From positions 105,400,001-105,464,000 of the forward strand of contig OZ024741.1 in assembly GCA_964016885.1 (NCBI GenBank): DNA of 64,000 bases, read 5' to 3'. The translations under genes were made by a program, and so were the position numbers. Source of the stretch: Eledone cirrhosa. Its lineage: Eukaryota. How positions within the stretch are numbered: position 1 is the stretch's first letter; each line of letters opens with the position of its first letter. The notes beneath the pieces were generated by a model. That model saw nothing but the letters and a program-made list of their open reading frames with translations, was not told where the DNA came from and searched no databases. Positions 60,759-64,000 of the stretch are shown here, piece by piece.

Positions 60759-63312
60759 GACTGCATGGAGCAGACCTGAACTTTGCAAGCCATAGTGAAG
60801 GAAAACTGACTAGGGGTGCAGTGATTTCGATTAAAAACGACTACATGGGGCAGACATGGACCCCCTTAAGCTGTAGTGAAGGCAACCCATCAAGGAGGGC
60901 TGTAACTCCAATTTAAAAACGACAGCATGGGGAAGACGTGAGCTCCGTAAGCCATAGTGAAAACTACTCATCTAAGAGAGTAGACACTCCAAATAAAAAC
61001 TGATACAGGGTGGAGAGAACTCTTAAGTCTGGTAAGACAACCTCTCTAGTGCTGGTGGCATGAACATTGCACCCAGTCCAGGGTGTAAAGTTGTTGGTGA
61101 TAGGAAGGGCATCCAACCCAAAATTATGAAAAGCATGACCAATATGATTTCCATCAATTGCGAACACAGGGCTAACACTAGTCATGTTAGTGCTGCACTG
61201 TAGGGTAGCTAGAATAGTCATGTGCAAGAACCCCTTGACCGTTATCAATCGCATAACTACTTTTATAGACAACTTCAGGTAATGACGAAAGAGACCTCCT
61301 CGTCCTGGCAGGTGGCTTCAATGGACAAATGGGACAATACCAGGATGGATTCAGCAGAGTTCATGGTGGCTATGGTTATGGTTCAAGGAATAAAGAGGGG
61401 ATGAGACTCCTGGAATTCTGTGATGCAAATGAACTGACCATTTGCAACATAAATTTCAGGAAACCAGCCAGCCACCTAATCTCATACCAATCAGGTGAAC
61501 ACAAGCCAAATTGATTACTTGTTAGACAACAAAACAAACAGACTGTAATAAATACTAAGGCCTTCCCTGGGGAAGAATGCACTATCCAGCACATCTTAGT
61601 TATTAGTGACATCAAAATAAACAAAAGACAACAAGAAACACAGGAAAATATGGAGACAGGGTGTGGAAGCTAAAGGATCTCTTGGTTAAATATAGGTTTA
61701 GAAAGGTCCTACAGGATGAAATTGATGAAAGGTATAACAATCTAGATACATACAACGTAGAGGACAACTGGGAATTCTTATGTGACCTTTTGTGAACTAC
61801 TGGTGAGACTTATGGCAGGAGTAAGTGCCAGCCAAACAAAGGGTGGCCTGGTGGTGGAATAGCACAGTAGATACAGCTATTAAAGCCAAGAGATGGACAT
61901 GGAAAGACTGGAAAAATAGGGGTAGCAGAGACCAGTATAAAGTAGCTAAGGAAGAAGCTAGGTGACAGGTATACACAGCTTGGAGAGAGGCTGAAGAGAG
62001 TAAATTTGCCAATGTCTTGAGACGTGAAGTGTTCCGTATTGCAAGGCAGTGTGTTAGTGTGAATCGAGATGTTGGGGAAAAATGTGTTAGAAATGACACT
62101 GGTTCACTTACCACCACTGATACCCAAAAGAAAGAGGCCTGGAAATGTTACTATGAGAGATTGATGAATGTAGAGAATAAATGGGAAGAAGAGAAACTAC
62201 CCCCAACTTATCAAAAGGAAGAAACAGCTATTGAAGTCAGTTTTAGGGTCAAAGACACAATCAAGGAGATGAAGAATGGTAAAGCTGTGGGACTATCAGA
62301 AATAGTTGCTGAGATGCTAAAAGCATTGGGAGAGGTAGGAGTCAAACTAGTAACCTACATAGTCAATCAGGTAATACATGACAGAGTCATACTCAATGAC
62401 TGGTGCAGCAGTACAATCATAAATTGCTACAAGGGCAAAGGTGATTCTCTAGAAAGGAGTAACTATAGAGGAATAAAACTAATGGACCAAGTTATGAAGT
62501 GACAGAAAGAGTTATAGTCCAGCTAATTAGGGAAAAAGTCAAAATAGATGAGTGAAGCAACTACAAGAGAAGTTCTTAGTAAAAAATAATCTACTGTATC
62601 TAACTTTTGTTGATCTAGGGAAGGCCTTTGACAGAGTACCTCGATCTATTATCACGTGGTCCTCAAGGGAATTAGGTGTGGAAGAATGGCTTGTGAGAGC
62701 AGTGTAAGCTATGTAGAGAAGAGCTACCAGTAAAGTGATAGTAGGAAATGAGTTTAGTTAGAAATTCAAGGTACAGGTAGGTGTTCATCAATGTTCAGTT
62801 CTTAGCCCACAGCTGTTCATCATAGTTCTTCAGGCCATAACAGGAGTTTAAAATATGCTGCTTCTCTATGCAGAAGATTTGGTTCTTATAGCTGAAACAA
62901 AAAAAGAACTAGAAAATAAATTCCAATTATGGAAACTGAATTTGGAATCAAAAGGTCTGAGAGTAAACTTAGCCAAAACTAAAGTGTTAGTGAGTAGGAG
63001 AGAAGATAGGACCAAGATTTTCCCAGGAAAGTGGCCATACTCAATATGTAAAAAAGGAGTAGGTATAAACTCCATACAATGTACACAATATAAATCTTGG
63101 ATACACAAAAAATGTAGTGGGATAATGAGTAGACTAACGAGAAGGGAGGACGACCAACAAAGACCTGGGCAGATGTAAGAGCTGACCTCAAATTGCTAAG
63201 ACTGGTAGAGGAGATGATGAAAGAATGCGACAGGTGGAGAGATACCATGCTGAGAAGGACCTGTCGAACCCATGCAAATATGGAAAAGCAGACGTAAAAA
63301 CAATGATGATAA
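60759..63312 (+). mobile_element. Decayed near-full-length RTE with a triplicated 5' motif
   Basis: GMRLLEFCDAN, WCSSTIINCYKGKGD, YAEDL, degenerate PHD and tail at about 63300. Confidence 0.8.
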
Positions 63313-63654
63313 TATTTATTAGATTATTTATTGTAAATATATTTCAATTTTGTTAGTAAATAACAGATGTTGGGTTTGTTGTTTCAGATGTTTGACTCCC
63401 ACTTGTAATGTCTTTGTTACATTCTTGGTTTTACCCCATAATTTTTAGCATGAGTTAAATACATTATTGCTTCTTCAATAATAACAAAAATAACTGATGT
63501 ACGTAGGAACTATCATTGCTGAATATGATTTACAATACCATGAAAAGTTACTGTATAGTGGTATGTTGTTGTTATTGTTATTAACCTATGTAGGTTAAGC
63601 TGACTATTTACAAAATTGCACTTCATTGGAGGTTTCTCAGGTGTTTTAATGATA

Positions 63655-63702
63655 GGTTTTCAGTCCAGGAAATTTTCATGAAAATTCCCTGGACTGAAAA
63701 CC
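63655..63702. repeat. 48-bp near-perfect palindrome
   Basis: ggttttcagtccagg-a-aattttcatgaaaatt-c-cctggactgaaaacc. Confidence 0.9.
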
Positions 63703-64000
63703 AATTTGCTGTATGGCAGTTGTTATTGGTACTCGTTTTTTTTGAAGCAATGTTAATCGAAATGTCTTGCTGAAGGACACAATACACTGCCTGATTCAGG
63801 AATCAAGCCCATGACATTATGGTCATGTATCCAACATCTTAATGACTAAGCTACACACCTTCACAAAGTGGCACACTTCAACAGTAGTATTTAACCCTCC
63901 TTGACAGCTTCACTGGAATTTATTTCATACTATTTACACTGAGCATTTCACAATATATAAAGATGGTTTTGTTTGTTATTCTATTTTACCTTATATTTCC

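Overview
Eukaryotic, AT-rich and repeat-dense animal DNA. The SINE and LINE repertoire plus the C2H2 zinc-finger genes suggest an octopod cephalopod (inference). Two complete intron-containing nuclear genes for mitochondrial proteins sit head-to-head, with ATGs 336 bp apart: PARL (minus, 9 coding exons, 46662 to 21432, 347 aa) and AUH (plus, 9 coding exons, 46999 to 59065, 304 aa). Both were assembled by hand, with every splice phase consistent. At the left is a 10-finger C2H2 ZNF gene and its inverted pseudogene twin. The rest is mobile DNA. This includes an intact 1039-aa RTE LINE with a PHD-type C4HC3 finger inserted inside its RT domain, many truncated RTE relatives, CR1, Tx1/L1, mariner and probable Bel/Pao remnants, a head-to-tail non-autonomous Helitron dimer, tRNA-derived SINEs and several fold-back elements. 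The most notable signals are the PHD-in-RT RTE family, a type I hammerhead ribozyme with a 102-nt rod-like stem II at 35372-35504, and candidate structured RNA motifs at RTE 5' ends. Identities are by eye and no searches were run.
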